NCBI GenBank assembly: GCA_900617105.1
Contig: UYFQ01000582.1
Location: forward strand, 1-55,030
Origin: Hydrurus foetidus
Taxonomy: Eukaryota
Length of the DNA stretch: 55,030 nucleotides
Direction of reading: 5' to 3'
The first letter of the stretch is position 1. Each line of letters opens with the position of its first letter. The notes under the pieces are model-generated. The model was not told the DNA's origin. It ran no database searches and saw only the letters and a list, made by a program, of their open reading frames with translations. Made by a program: the position numbers and the translations under genes. Positions 26,977-37,919 of the stretch are shown here, one piece after another.

Positions 26977-27143
26977 TCAAGACTCCTCTTTTATTCCAGG
27001 TCCACGTTTAATCTGGACCCACCCCTATACACGACAATTAACTGTACCGTACTGAAAACTGAAAACAGTACGGTACAGTTAATTGTCGTGTATAGGGGTG
27101 GGTCCAGATTAAACGTGGACCTGGAATAAAAGAGGAGCCTTGA
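26977..27143. mobile_element. 167-bp hairpin MITE with TCAAG...CTTGA termini, TA flanks
   Basis: Arms 26977-27054 and 27066-27143 are 78-bp reverse complements with one mismatch around an 11-nt loop; TA on both sides; intergenic between divergent genes. Confidence 0.82.
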
Positions 27144-27775
27144 TAATATAACGCAGAGACCGGTTGTATAATAACCGGTCGTCAATAATTTTTGAAATAT
27201 TCTGTCAGTGGTAGTCCTTCTGTGATATAATATCGTCAACATTACTCTACAAAAGATTATCATAACTCCAACAAAGAATAAAATATCTGAGAACATTCAA
27301 GAATCCAAGTTGGAAATGATGATATCAACCGTGCTCAGACCTGTTCTCAGTCTGTATTTAAGATATTTTATTCTATTTGGGGAGTAAAAGCAATCATAGG
27401 AGTTATGAGCACTCGACTGAGTTCAGATACGGGAATTTTTTACCCCCACTTCGGACAATTTTATTTTGAGTCAGTGTCACAGTAATGCGCTTTTTTGAGA
27501 TTCATCAGTGGTGTCCTTTTGACTCCATAATTTTAGCCGCATTCAAACGATTATTATGCAACCGGTCTCTACGTTATACGGTACACGAAGTACCCACCCC
27601 AATATTTCGTATCTCGATCCCCAAGCATCATTTGTCATTTGTCATTTGTAGACGCCAGTCTGCAGTCTGCAGATCAAGAGATTGAGGTCTGATTCGATCG
27701 CTTCAGTAATTCGGTTTATTTGTCAGTTTACGCCGTCTTATTCGAAGCCTGTGGTAGGCATCACGAGTTTCGAGA

Positions 27776-30700
27776 ATGGCAAATAGCATTCGAAAGGTCA
27801 GCGAAGACGTCAAACTTCGACCATTTTTAAGCTCTCATTTCGATTCTCAGACGTACATCAAGACAGTTATCAAAGAGGGACGCAGCGAGGAGTGCTTCAA
27901 CAATGTAGCATCTTGCATAGAGGAAGTCAATGAGGAGATTAAGGGCTATATATCGCAGCACAAGGATGTTCTGATGTCTGGAATGCAGGATGTTGCTTTA
28001 CTATCAGAGCGATATTCTCTGCTGTACTCAACATCTCAAAAACTTCAAAGAAACGTTGATAGACTTAAAAAGGAGGTTTGCCAAAGTTTCGAGCAAGAGA
28101 TGATGATACGGATTCTGCAGAAAGAAATCGTCACATTTCTCCATCTCCTCTTAAACTTACAGGCACTCCAATCATATGATCTCGTGAAATTGAGGACGAT
28201 GGAGCTGGAGAGAATTCATTCAACTAGCATGATTTTACGGCAGCTTCGGCAATTTGTCCACTGCAGAGCTCAATTGGAACATCTTTTGAAAGCTGCCAGT
28301 GAACTTGGGGGCATAAAAGGTGAAACCATAATAAAACGAACCCAGTTTGAAGCAATCAATAACTGATGAAATATTGAGAATCTGTGTGACTATCTGCGAG
28401 GAAGATATATACTTCTAAAGTGCTATGACAGCGACCTTCAGTTGTGTCGGATTTAGTGCTAACTTTTTCCGTTCTGTCCTGTGCATACCAATTTGTATTT
28501 CCTTTTTCAACAAATACCGCACGAATCACAGCACTTCTATTTCATGCTTACATCTGCCTTAAAATTGCTATCTCTCATTATGCGGTATTTCAGCCGGAAG
28601 TGGTATAAACAGCGATATCCGTCATCTGGCAAGTTCAGCCAAGACTCTTTTCGAGTTGGAGGGCGTGTTGGCTGTACCTGCACTACTAGAGGTCAGTAAC
28701 TTGAAATGCGAAGAACAGCAATGGGCATTTGTACATTCCATCTCTTAGAATGTAAAGTTCTGTTACGTAGCTTTCATAGCTTGTGTTTTCGACGATTATT
28801 GTTGGTCCATTTGTCAAAGTGATGCATTTGAGATGCCCACTGAATGCTAGTATCACTGAGTACTAAAGAGAATCCGTCCCTACGCCACTTCTTCTCACAC
28901 TAAATACAGATTTGCACTATGTCATACACTTTGTACAACACCCCATCACGTTATGTCACGTCTTCTTGCAGATAAAGTTTGTCGCGCAGCACGTGAAATC
29001 CATCAGGGAGTTCGGAAGACAATTGAGGGAGCTCGCGATGGAGCAGCTGCTCACAGCTCTGGCGGAGAGAAACCAGGCTTATGTGGCAGCCAGTCTACAG
29101 GTACGCACCAATGATACTGGATTTTCATAATGGTCTTTTGTGTGTCTGGCGTGAAGCCCTGTGGCAAGTCATCGTATCGCTTTGTTAGGATGGGGTAGAC
29201 ATGGTGGGTTAGGATGAGGTGTATGACAGAATGGGACGGGATGTGATGAAGTTGGACAGGATAGGGTGGGATGGGGTAGGGTAGGATAGTATTGAGTCAA
29301 GCAGGGTCAGGTAGGGTCGGGTCTTCACGGTGTCACACGGATATTGTGTGTGTCCTACACGTGACGTATTGTTAAATCGTCTTCTGATAAAGCGCTCATG
29401 GCATGTCGCTCGTAACGACAGCACGCTTTATGTCTATGCGGGCTTTATGTCTATCTGGACACCATACCACATGCACGCATGCTATATCTACTCTTGTGGC
29501 ACGTCTCTTTCCTTTTCCTTCCTTTCTGATATTCTCGAAGGGATGTCTATCAGTGACATCTGGAGTGACATGACGAATTTTGCAGTTTGGCTCTCCTGAG
29601 CATGCTATGAGTGATCCTATCTCTCTGTCTTTATCCCCTTCTCTCCTTTGATGGCAGTGAAGAGTCACCCACCCATCAGTCAGCACCCCTCACTGGCCCC
29701 CATACCGCACCCCCCCCCCATCCTTTCACCTCTACCCCTCCTCTAGGTGTTCTTTAATCTGCAGTCACTGCCTGAGATCGTGTTGCTAGCAGTGGACGCG
29801 ACAATCAAAGCCACAGTGGAGCTCTCGAGAGGGACCTTGGATCTAGATTCCTTGGTCTCCTCCCATCCGGACCTAGCAGTGGTACCCCCTGTGACGGGGT
29901 CGGGTCTAGGATTGGGGGCAGGAATGGGTATGCCTAGCAGAGGCAGCGTTTCAGCAGCACTCGCCTCAGCTGGTAGTATGGGTCTGCAAAGACAAGTCCC
30001 GCCCCCTGCCCCCATAGCACAGCAGCAGTCCAATTCCCCCGCACTCCGCACAGCCATGAAGGAGATAGCTAGAGAGTGGGGTACCCTCATATCCGACCAA
30101 GCTATGCAGATCCACGTACTGCAGAGGGTCATCGCAAAGAAGGAAGACCCTTCCACACACCTCAAGTTCACAGACACCTTGGAGGGGGTGGGGCAGAGCA
30201 ATCCAGCCCTAGCGAGCAATCGTCTTTTAGACCTTTTTTGGGCCCGATTGCAGGTGTGTTTGCTGGACACCGCTGCTGAGAAGCTGAAGGCCAACCCTGT
30301 AGCGTGCAGCAGGATCTACCCTTTCTTACGCAAAGCAGCTGTCGATGCAGTGGAGAACCTCAAGGTATAGTACAGTACGACTTCACAAGAGTTATCTCCT
30401 AGCTCACTTAACATCTTCAAGATCACACCTCGCATCATCTCGTCTCCTCGCCTCTCCCATCTTCTCTTCTCAACTAAACTCAGCACTGCCCTTGTTGATT
30501 TAATTTTCTAGCATATTTCCTTTCTTCCTGTTCTATTTTGCTCACATGTGGTACTTACTTAAATTTAACTTTCCCTCCTCCCCTCAATTCTCCTTAACCT
30601 CTCTCGAACACTCCCTCCCTCTAACCCTCCCTTGCATCCCTTTTCTCTCAACCTCCCTCCATGTAGATTCTCTCGAGTCGTGACTTAAGTAGAGATGCCA

Positions 30701-31854
30701 TTACCGGATATGGCGGGACTTCCGGTATGTACGGTGGCGGTACGGATGGCCGTAACACCGTAACGGAATACCCGGCAGGACAGGGATCTTGGACCGGACT
30801 CGGAATGGGCATGTCGGGGGGTGTTGGTGGGGAGCGAGTAATGGGTGAGGGAATGTTCGGCAGCTCTGCATGGACGAGCAGTGGAGGGGGGTTGAGACAG
30901 GGGACCAGGAGGAGGGGAGGGAACGAGCTGTTGTGCTGTCTGGGCATGGGCAACAGGAGGGTCACGAGATCGGATGCGACCAACAGGAGGCAGCTGTATC
31001 ACGATGACGGCAGTCCCAGGGGCGTCAAAGATCACAGAACAAGATACGCCCCTCTTGATGCAGAGGATGACGAGGGGGAGGGACAGGATCGGATTGCCCA
31101 GTCAGAGCTCCTGCAGATCGCGGAGGCGGAGGCGGGACTGGTGGGGGGTCTCAAGCCCTTTAGGGATAGATATTTGGCCGGGGCCCTCAGCCGTATGACT
31201 GGTCCAGTGCTTCAAATGTTCCCGGAAATGGATGGATATTCAGGTAGAAGCCAGTCAGCATTTAGTGTGCAATTTAATGGTCTGATACCCTCCTGATTCA
31301 CTGATGTATCATAATGCTCTGTTGTGTTACGATGCTGCTCCAAACCATGGACAAGTTTCCTTATGATACTGCTCATGATTGTTGAAGCTTTGACGGACAT
31401 CCGCGCCATAACTACATCCGTCTCTCTTCCCTTCCCTTTTCTTCTCTTCTCTTCGTCCCTCTCTCTTCCCTTGGCTTCCGCTTGTGACCAACTTGTTCCC
31501 CTTGTACGACACAACATTCTCCTCATTCCATCCATCAATCCACCACGATACCTTGAACCTCTTCTAAACCACGCCACGTCACGCCACTCATGTTATGCTA
31601 CTCATGTCATGCGAAGCTGCTGTGCCATCTCGCAGAGACATGCTTGCACTCATAAAAGCCATCCAGTCAGAGCTGGACAGTGCAGCTGTTGAAGGGGACG
31701 CTCAAGGGGGTCTACTAAGAGCAGTATGCAAGGAAGCTGTCAAGGCAGTGCAACTGGTGAGTCCCGGTTTAAATTCATCCATCCTTCCGTGTGCCTAAGT
31801 GTCAGACTGTGTGTATGTGTGTTTGTGTTTGTGTTTGTGTGAGAGAGAGAGGAA

Positions 31855-31941
<87 letters not shown>

Positions 31942-34756
31942 GAAGTGTGTGTGTGTGTGTATGCATCAATCAATGTGTCTGCGTGTCTATCAGTCTATCT
32001 CTTTTTTTTCAGCGACATTCGGTGACTTTCTGTCATGATGATTCCTGAAGTCTTGGGGGCATCAACACGTGCCATTCCATACCATACTCCGCTATGTCTC
32101 GTTACACGAAATGATATTGCTATCTAGGCATACTTCCCTTCAACAAAATAATGTTGAGATTCTCGTAGAAGTAGCATTGGTAAGAACGCAATCAGCAGAA
32201 TCCCCATCTACTGCTGCCTATTTGTAACGCACTGCAATCCCTCTACCTGACTTGACTTGACTCTACTTGACTCGCAGATGGTGAGCAAGGTGGAGGGCAT
32301 GATCTCCTTCGCACCTGACGTCCACAAGATTCTAATCGCCCTGCCTGGCGCACCCATCCCAGTGGGTACCGTCACACGCACCGCCCCTCAAGAGCACAAC
32401 GCACAGCTACTAGGACTGCTAGTGCAGCTCAGAGATGCGTTAGGGAAGACCCCCCTGCAGGTGTCATCTAGGGGTGGTGAAGGGGGGGAGCCCTCGGAGG
32501 GGGTCGAGGAGCAGACCCTTGGGGTGCTCACACGATCCCTAAAGGGGGCCATTGTATGTTTGGACACAGTCATCTCCAAGCAGATACTCGCTCCGCTCAT
32601 CACTGCCATATCGTCCCACGTGAAGACTGTGCTACTACCTCTATTGAAGGAGGGTGTAAGTACGGTCCCCGCCAGTGTACGTACACTCGTACATGAGGAC
32701 CAACAGGGGATGGACTGTTCTCGACCCGTGCAGACCATCGTGAAGCTGCTGCCTGAGGTGGTCAAGGTACACCTGCTCAGTCTCGCCACCTGCCCACCCG
32801 TCACCGGTGCCGTGGAGGAACTTGGACTTAGGATTCTGCATTTATACGTCACAGTTGCCGCGCTCATCAGGTATTTTCTCTTCTTTTTATTTCTTAAGGG
32901 CATTCTACACCGACGGCAAATGCGTGAATACGCACCAAATTGGTAGAATATTGTTTTCACCTCACTAATGAGAAAACAAAACAACTTAGTACGTCATATC
33001 ATACCTCTGAATAAACTCACTGCCTGCAAGCATTTATAGAAATTTGAATTGAACGGAATTATGGTGAATTCGATTGAGTTGAGTTTTATTAAATTGAATT
33101 GAATTGAATTGAATTGAATTGAATTGAATTGAATTGAATTGAATTGAATTGAGTGAAACCTAATCGACATGCAGGCCTGTGAGCGAGCAGGCCAGACTGC
33201 GCACTGCCAGGGACATGGGGGCTCTCGAAGCGGCCCTGTCCTCAGCTGGCATCTCTCTCGGGGGAGAGACAAACCCCGTCATGCTGGAGTTCAGGTCAGT
33301 CACGAAACGTACTGTTCTGTACTGTAATGTAATTTGTTGGGATGTGCAGTGCTGTACTGTACTGTACTGTACTGTACTGTACTGTACTGTACTGTACTGT
33401 ACTGTACTGTACTGTACTGTACTGTACTGTACTGTACTGTACTGTACTGTACTGTACTGCACTGCACTGCACTGTACTGTACTGTAGTTTCTCTACATGT
33501 GATGTCAGTGTGGCGTATGCCACCGACTGTTTTGTGCAGTGTGGTGTAGGGGTAGGGGTGATGAGATAGTGCCTGTCCCTACATCAGCGGACACCTACAT
33601 CATCCCAGCTCCGCCACTACTTCGCGACTCATCTTCAAAACATGCACAATCGCGCCCTCACAAATTATTTATCTGTTCACTTCTCAGCCCATCTTAACTT
33701 TTCTGACATCATCTCATCTTTCATCGTATCTCGTCTTTTTCTTCCAACTAACAGAGCGTTCCGTAGACTGCTCTTCATGGACGATGCCTCCGAGCCATCT
33801 TCACTATCCAATGCCGTCAACTCCACAGCTGTGGGTGGTACAGCGGGCAGCGGCATGGCTCGCCCCCCTTCTCGCGCCAAGCTGCAAACCTTGCCCTTTG
33901 TGAGGGATCTCAGACCGTCCGTGCTGCTCGCATACCTGACGTCATGCGGACCCTCCCAGCTTCCTTCTCCCTACTTCTCCGCCACCGGGTAAGTGCCTCT
34001 TGGATGCTTCTTTCTTTTTCGGTGCTCTTCATGATGAGTGCAGATATGAGTTATCCTGCACAGCATTCCTTGGATTGGATACTGCCTGATGCCATAACAC
34101 CTCCATCCTGTTCGACTTACTTTATGGTATAGTCAGGAGAATATCTTCGCAACCGCCTCACATCTCTCTTCCTTCGATTGTTATCTAGTACATCACTCTC
34201 ATCCTATCTAATCCTATCCAATTCCCTCCCATGCAGTGCCAACGCGGAGTCTGACCCAGGGTACCTTCAGCAGAGCTATGTCGACTTCCTCACGGAGTTG
34301 AAGTCGGACATAGGCCCACCGCAGCGGAGGGCTCTCGTGCCCTCTGTGTCATCGCTGTACATCAACAAACTCCGAGGTTGCTTTACTTCTTCTTCCTTCA
34401 GTATGTACATTCTATGTGTGTTCTGAATCAGATCTTCTTACTCCTTGTATTTGTGCATCTTCTGCATCAGATTCTCCTCCTGGGTGTGTGTATGTGTGGC
34501 TAAGACATCTTCAGATCATCTAACCAACATTCTGCTCTCCTGCTATTGCTCTTTAGAGTCGGGACGTGGCGAGAAGGAGTGGGGGGATATCCTGGGAGAG
34601 ACACGTTCCTGGGAGTGCGTGCAGGGGTCTCTGGACGTGTACGTGCAAAGGATATCTGTTGCTGACGCACAGCAGAAAGCGCACATGCGTGCATGGTACG
34701 AGTCCTTACAAGATATCGGTGGTTTGTACTATGCGAGCACCTTCAGCATGCAGTGA
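27776..34756 (+). CDS. COG5: Conserved oligomeric Golgi complex subunit 5 (multi-exon)
   Basis: LRPFLSSHFDSQTY, ELERIHSTSMILRQLRQF, LASSAKTLFELE, NQAYVAASLQVFFNLQSLPE, IHVLQRVIAKKEDP, LLDLFWARL, RIYPFLRK, LRTARDMGALEAAL, AFRRLLF match the COG5 motif order as I recall it; GT-AG exons join in phase where checked. Confidence 0.88.
33093..33152. repeat. (GAATT)n pentamer microsatellite (COG5 intron)
   Basis: Directly visible. Confidence 0.95.
33352..33485. repeat. (ACTGT)n/(ACTGC)n pentamer microsatellite (COG5 intron)
   Basis: Directly visible; degenerate versions occur in many other introns. Confidence 0.95.
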
Positions 34757-35143
34757 GACTCTATCACTGACTGACTGACTGGGCAGGTGTTCGTCACTAT
34801 ACCTGGAGTGTAACAGAAGTATCTAAATTGTGCGATAGTGTTCATAAATTCCAAGCCGTATGGATGAAGGCTATTATGCAAAGCGCCGAATATAAAAACG
34901 ACCTACTCTTGAGATGTATATTTCCTTTTATTTTTTACTCGAGTAATGACGCCTTCTGGGGATTCGAGAAACGATTTCACTCCAAAGTATAGTCAATCAA
35001 GTAATATTGGGGTTCGTCTCTGTCGAGTTACTTAGACGGACAGTATATACAATGCTCGTTCGTTGGTGTAATGTAACGGGATAAGAAAAGACATCTTATA
35101 TCCGACGAAATGTTCATGAAAAGCTGGGTAAGGTAATATAATT

Positions 35144-35490
35144 CTAACGAATCGTTGGAGCAACAGCGCTGGCTGCCGCTGTTGATGAGGCTGCGCTTTC
35201 TATTTGTTGTCTTAGTTGCTGTGTGAAATCATCGTTAGTGTCGTCATCATCCCAGTCGTCCTGCCACAACTGACCGTCCTCTGCCTCCTTACTTAAGTCG
35301 TGATCCCAGTTGGCACCCTCAAATTCCTAGATTTTATAATTGTCATCAGCAAGCTTTTCTTACTTCGGCCTGTAGGTATTTTGTTCAAAGTGTCTTTGAT
35401 TACCTCAAATTCATCGTCTTCCTCGAGTAACTCGAGTACTGTCTTCATGACGGCGTCTTTCGCTGTGCTACTCGAATTCTTGTCTGACAT
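35144..35490 (-). CDS. SEM1: DSS1/SEM1 26S proteasome lid subunit, 89 aa, 2 exons
   Basis: Exons 35490-35404 and 35326-35144 give LLEEDDEFEEFEGANW...LWQDDWDDDDTNDDFTQQLRQQI, the DSS1/SEM1 signature. Confidence 0.96.
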
Positions 35491-35883
35491 AATATGAACT
35501 TACTAGGCGACTATTACGGCACCAAATCAGATTTGGAATTTCACAGCTGAAGTAGATGCTCGTGATCTTCTGTTGTGTTTATCAACCATGTTTTGATCTC
35601 GCCCGCAGAGCGTAGAGGGCGCACAGAAGAAGATGCTGTTGTTGGACAACACGAATTACCGGATAGATTTAGATATTAGATATTAGAATCATCCGCAGAA
35701 ACAGAAACGGAACCCTTCGTCAAGAAACTTTACTTCGCCTAGGTAGGCGATCAAAAGCGCCTCCTTTCAGGAATTGCTCAGGACTTCCGCAGTACCGAGA
35801 AGTTGCCGCGCTTTTGATCCCTATTTCGAGAGTATCATCGGGCAATATTCGCCACTATTTTGAATTGAAACTGGGCTGATCTG

Positions 35884-36960
35884 ATGGAGATGGAGACGTC
35901 GGCACCCCAGCTATGGGATGACCGAATCACAGCTGCGACAGCGATAATGAAGTCGGGCAACTATGCGGAAGCAATCCTGTCTTTCGCTCACTTACTAGAA
36001 TTCACAGGGCATGACGACTACGATGCTATTGCGGGTTTGAGGTGAAATATCGATGTGGTCAGTGTTCGTCGCCACGTTGGATTCTGAAATTTACACGACG
36101 TTTGTGTAACACCTCTGCAAATCAGTTTGTGTCATTCGTCTACTGGATTATGGGACGCTGGTGAGCGCTATGCCCGCTTGATGATCGCAAAGAAACCCAC
36201 GAAGACGAAAGTAAGCGGTAGAGCGCGACTCACTTCTAGAAGTGCGGATGTTTGAAATATGATGTCATCAAATAAGGATTACTCCCAGAGTTATCCTTAC
36301 TGAATGAGTGTCCTGTTTGCATAGGGCTACCTGTACCTCGCCAGATCTTTGCTTGGCTCTTCGAAATTCAGATTGGCTTTAGCAGCTTGCGACGAGGGCT
36401 TAGCACACTTGAGTAGCGACAGGGTAAGATCTTACAAATAATAAATTATTTGTTTCCTAAGATCTACCGAACCAAATTCTATCACAATCTTTGATTACAT
36501 TAGCAACCACTGAGAATGCTTCATCATGGTTTCATGAAGTAGTACATGACAAGAGTTGGCTGGACCAGAGGCACCTGTATATCCTATCTTACTCCTTCCT
36601 ACATCCCCACAAAACCTGAATTTCTTGGGTTTCATTTTCTCACGAGTTACAAACTCTGCATGACACCATCTGTAGGCATTGCTTCAGACTAGAGGGATGT
36701 GTGAGAGGGCGCTTGACGGTACTGCTGAGCCGACAGCGACAGTTTGGGCAGATGTAGAAGGCGGTCATGATCATAACCACCACTACTCCAGCAGCGGGCA
36801 CTCGCATGAACATGACACACATCACTCGCATGAACATGACACACATCACTCGCATGAACATGACACACATCACTCGCATGGACATGACACACATCACTCA
36901 CGTTCACATGCACATGAACACGACACACATAATGAAGATGGTCATGAGAGACATTCTTAA
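35884..36960 (+). CDS. Small TPR-repeat protein with His-rich C-terminal tail, 208 aa, 4 exons
   Basis: Exons 35884-36041, 36126-36210, 36325-36423, 36676-36960 join in phase; SGNYAEAILSF, KPTKTKGYLYLARSL, FRLALAACDEGL fit TPR consensus; tail has (HSHEHDTH)n. Confidence 0.8.
36799..36930 (+). repeat. Coding 24-nt tandem repeat encoding HSHEHDTH
   Basis: CACTCGCATGAACATGACACACAT x4 (one variant) plus a degenerate fifth copy. Confidence 0.92.
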
Positions 36961-37919
36961 GTTGTCGTGCACTGCAGTATGGCTGTCTGCCGTGCAGAAG
37001 TGCCTGCGTGCATAGAGGACTAATTGCAATATCGAGATCTCGCTCAAAGAACATCAGTTGTCGTGGGGTCGGTCGCATTGGACTGTCAGTTTAAAAGTCA
37101 CCATCATCAGTGAGAGCCAAGGATGCGTTACGCTCGAATTCATTTCTGTATATCAAATTAAGATGAACCGAATCAGGCTAACGGTTTGTCTATCGGTACA
37201 TGGTGAGTATAATATAACATTGTCAAATAACTGAGCTCCTCTTTGCCGTCTACACATGGTGCCATTAATTGCATGAGCGCTTAATTGGTTGGGGTGAAGA
37301 GAGGAGGCGCCTCTGTCTGTGGGGAGATATGAGTGAGTGGGTGGGTGGGATGCAACAGAACAGAACAGGTCTTGAATAGTTGCAGTGAATAATCCAAAAG
37401 TGAGTGAGGAAATAGCGGTATTCCTTCATTCCGATTATGGCATGATGGATTATCTCGCGTTGATACCATACGAGTGTAGGCGGTAACAAAATACGAAGGC
37501 GAATAGGTGAGCCTTGCGAAATAAAACGAAACCGACATAGTAGTTGCAGTCGGTGGACGGGTGTGAATGGCTGACTATTTGGCAGCATATTTGTCGCATA
37601 AACTACAGATGCTATACTACTTATCATGAACCGATAACTGCCTGCACTGCACTGCACCGCACTGCATTGTGCCTAATGGAACAGAGTTGATGTAAAAAGA
37701 TGGTGGTCGGACAGCTGGCATCAGGCGTGTCGAATGAGGTCTCTAACTTAGTCGCGGTGTACTGTAATGTGCGTTCCAGTGTGCGTTAATTGTACTGTGT
37801 TGTGCCATGTGCGTGCGGGTTGAGTCGGTGAGTGTACTCCACTCAGAGTGAAGGGTCGGTTTGGATTTGATCGAGTGATGAGTAGTGACTGATAAGATGA
37901 AAGGAGGTGGTGCCACCTC

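Noticed and set aside
26991..27296. 101-aa hydrophobic ORF
   Set aside because: Half of it is the palindromic MITE; no recognisable protein.
33160..33569. QYSTV / CTVLY repeat ORFs
   Set aside because: Translations of the intronic (ACTGT)n microsatellite.
36640..37078. Alternative-frame repeat ORFs (MNMTHITR, VMCVMFMR, DVCHVHAS)
   Set aside because: Other frames of the 24-nt repeat; only the His-rich frame splices in phase with the TPR exons at the 36676 acceptor.
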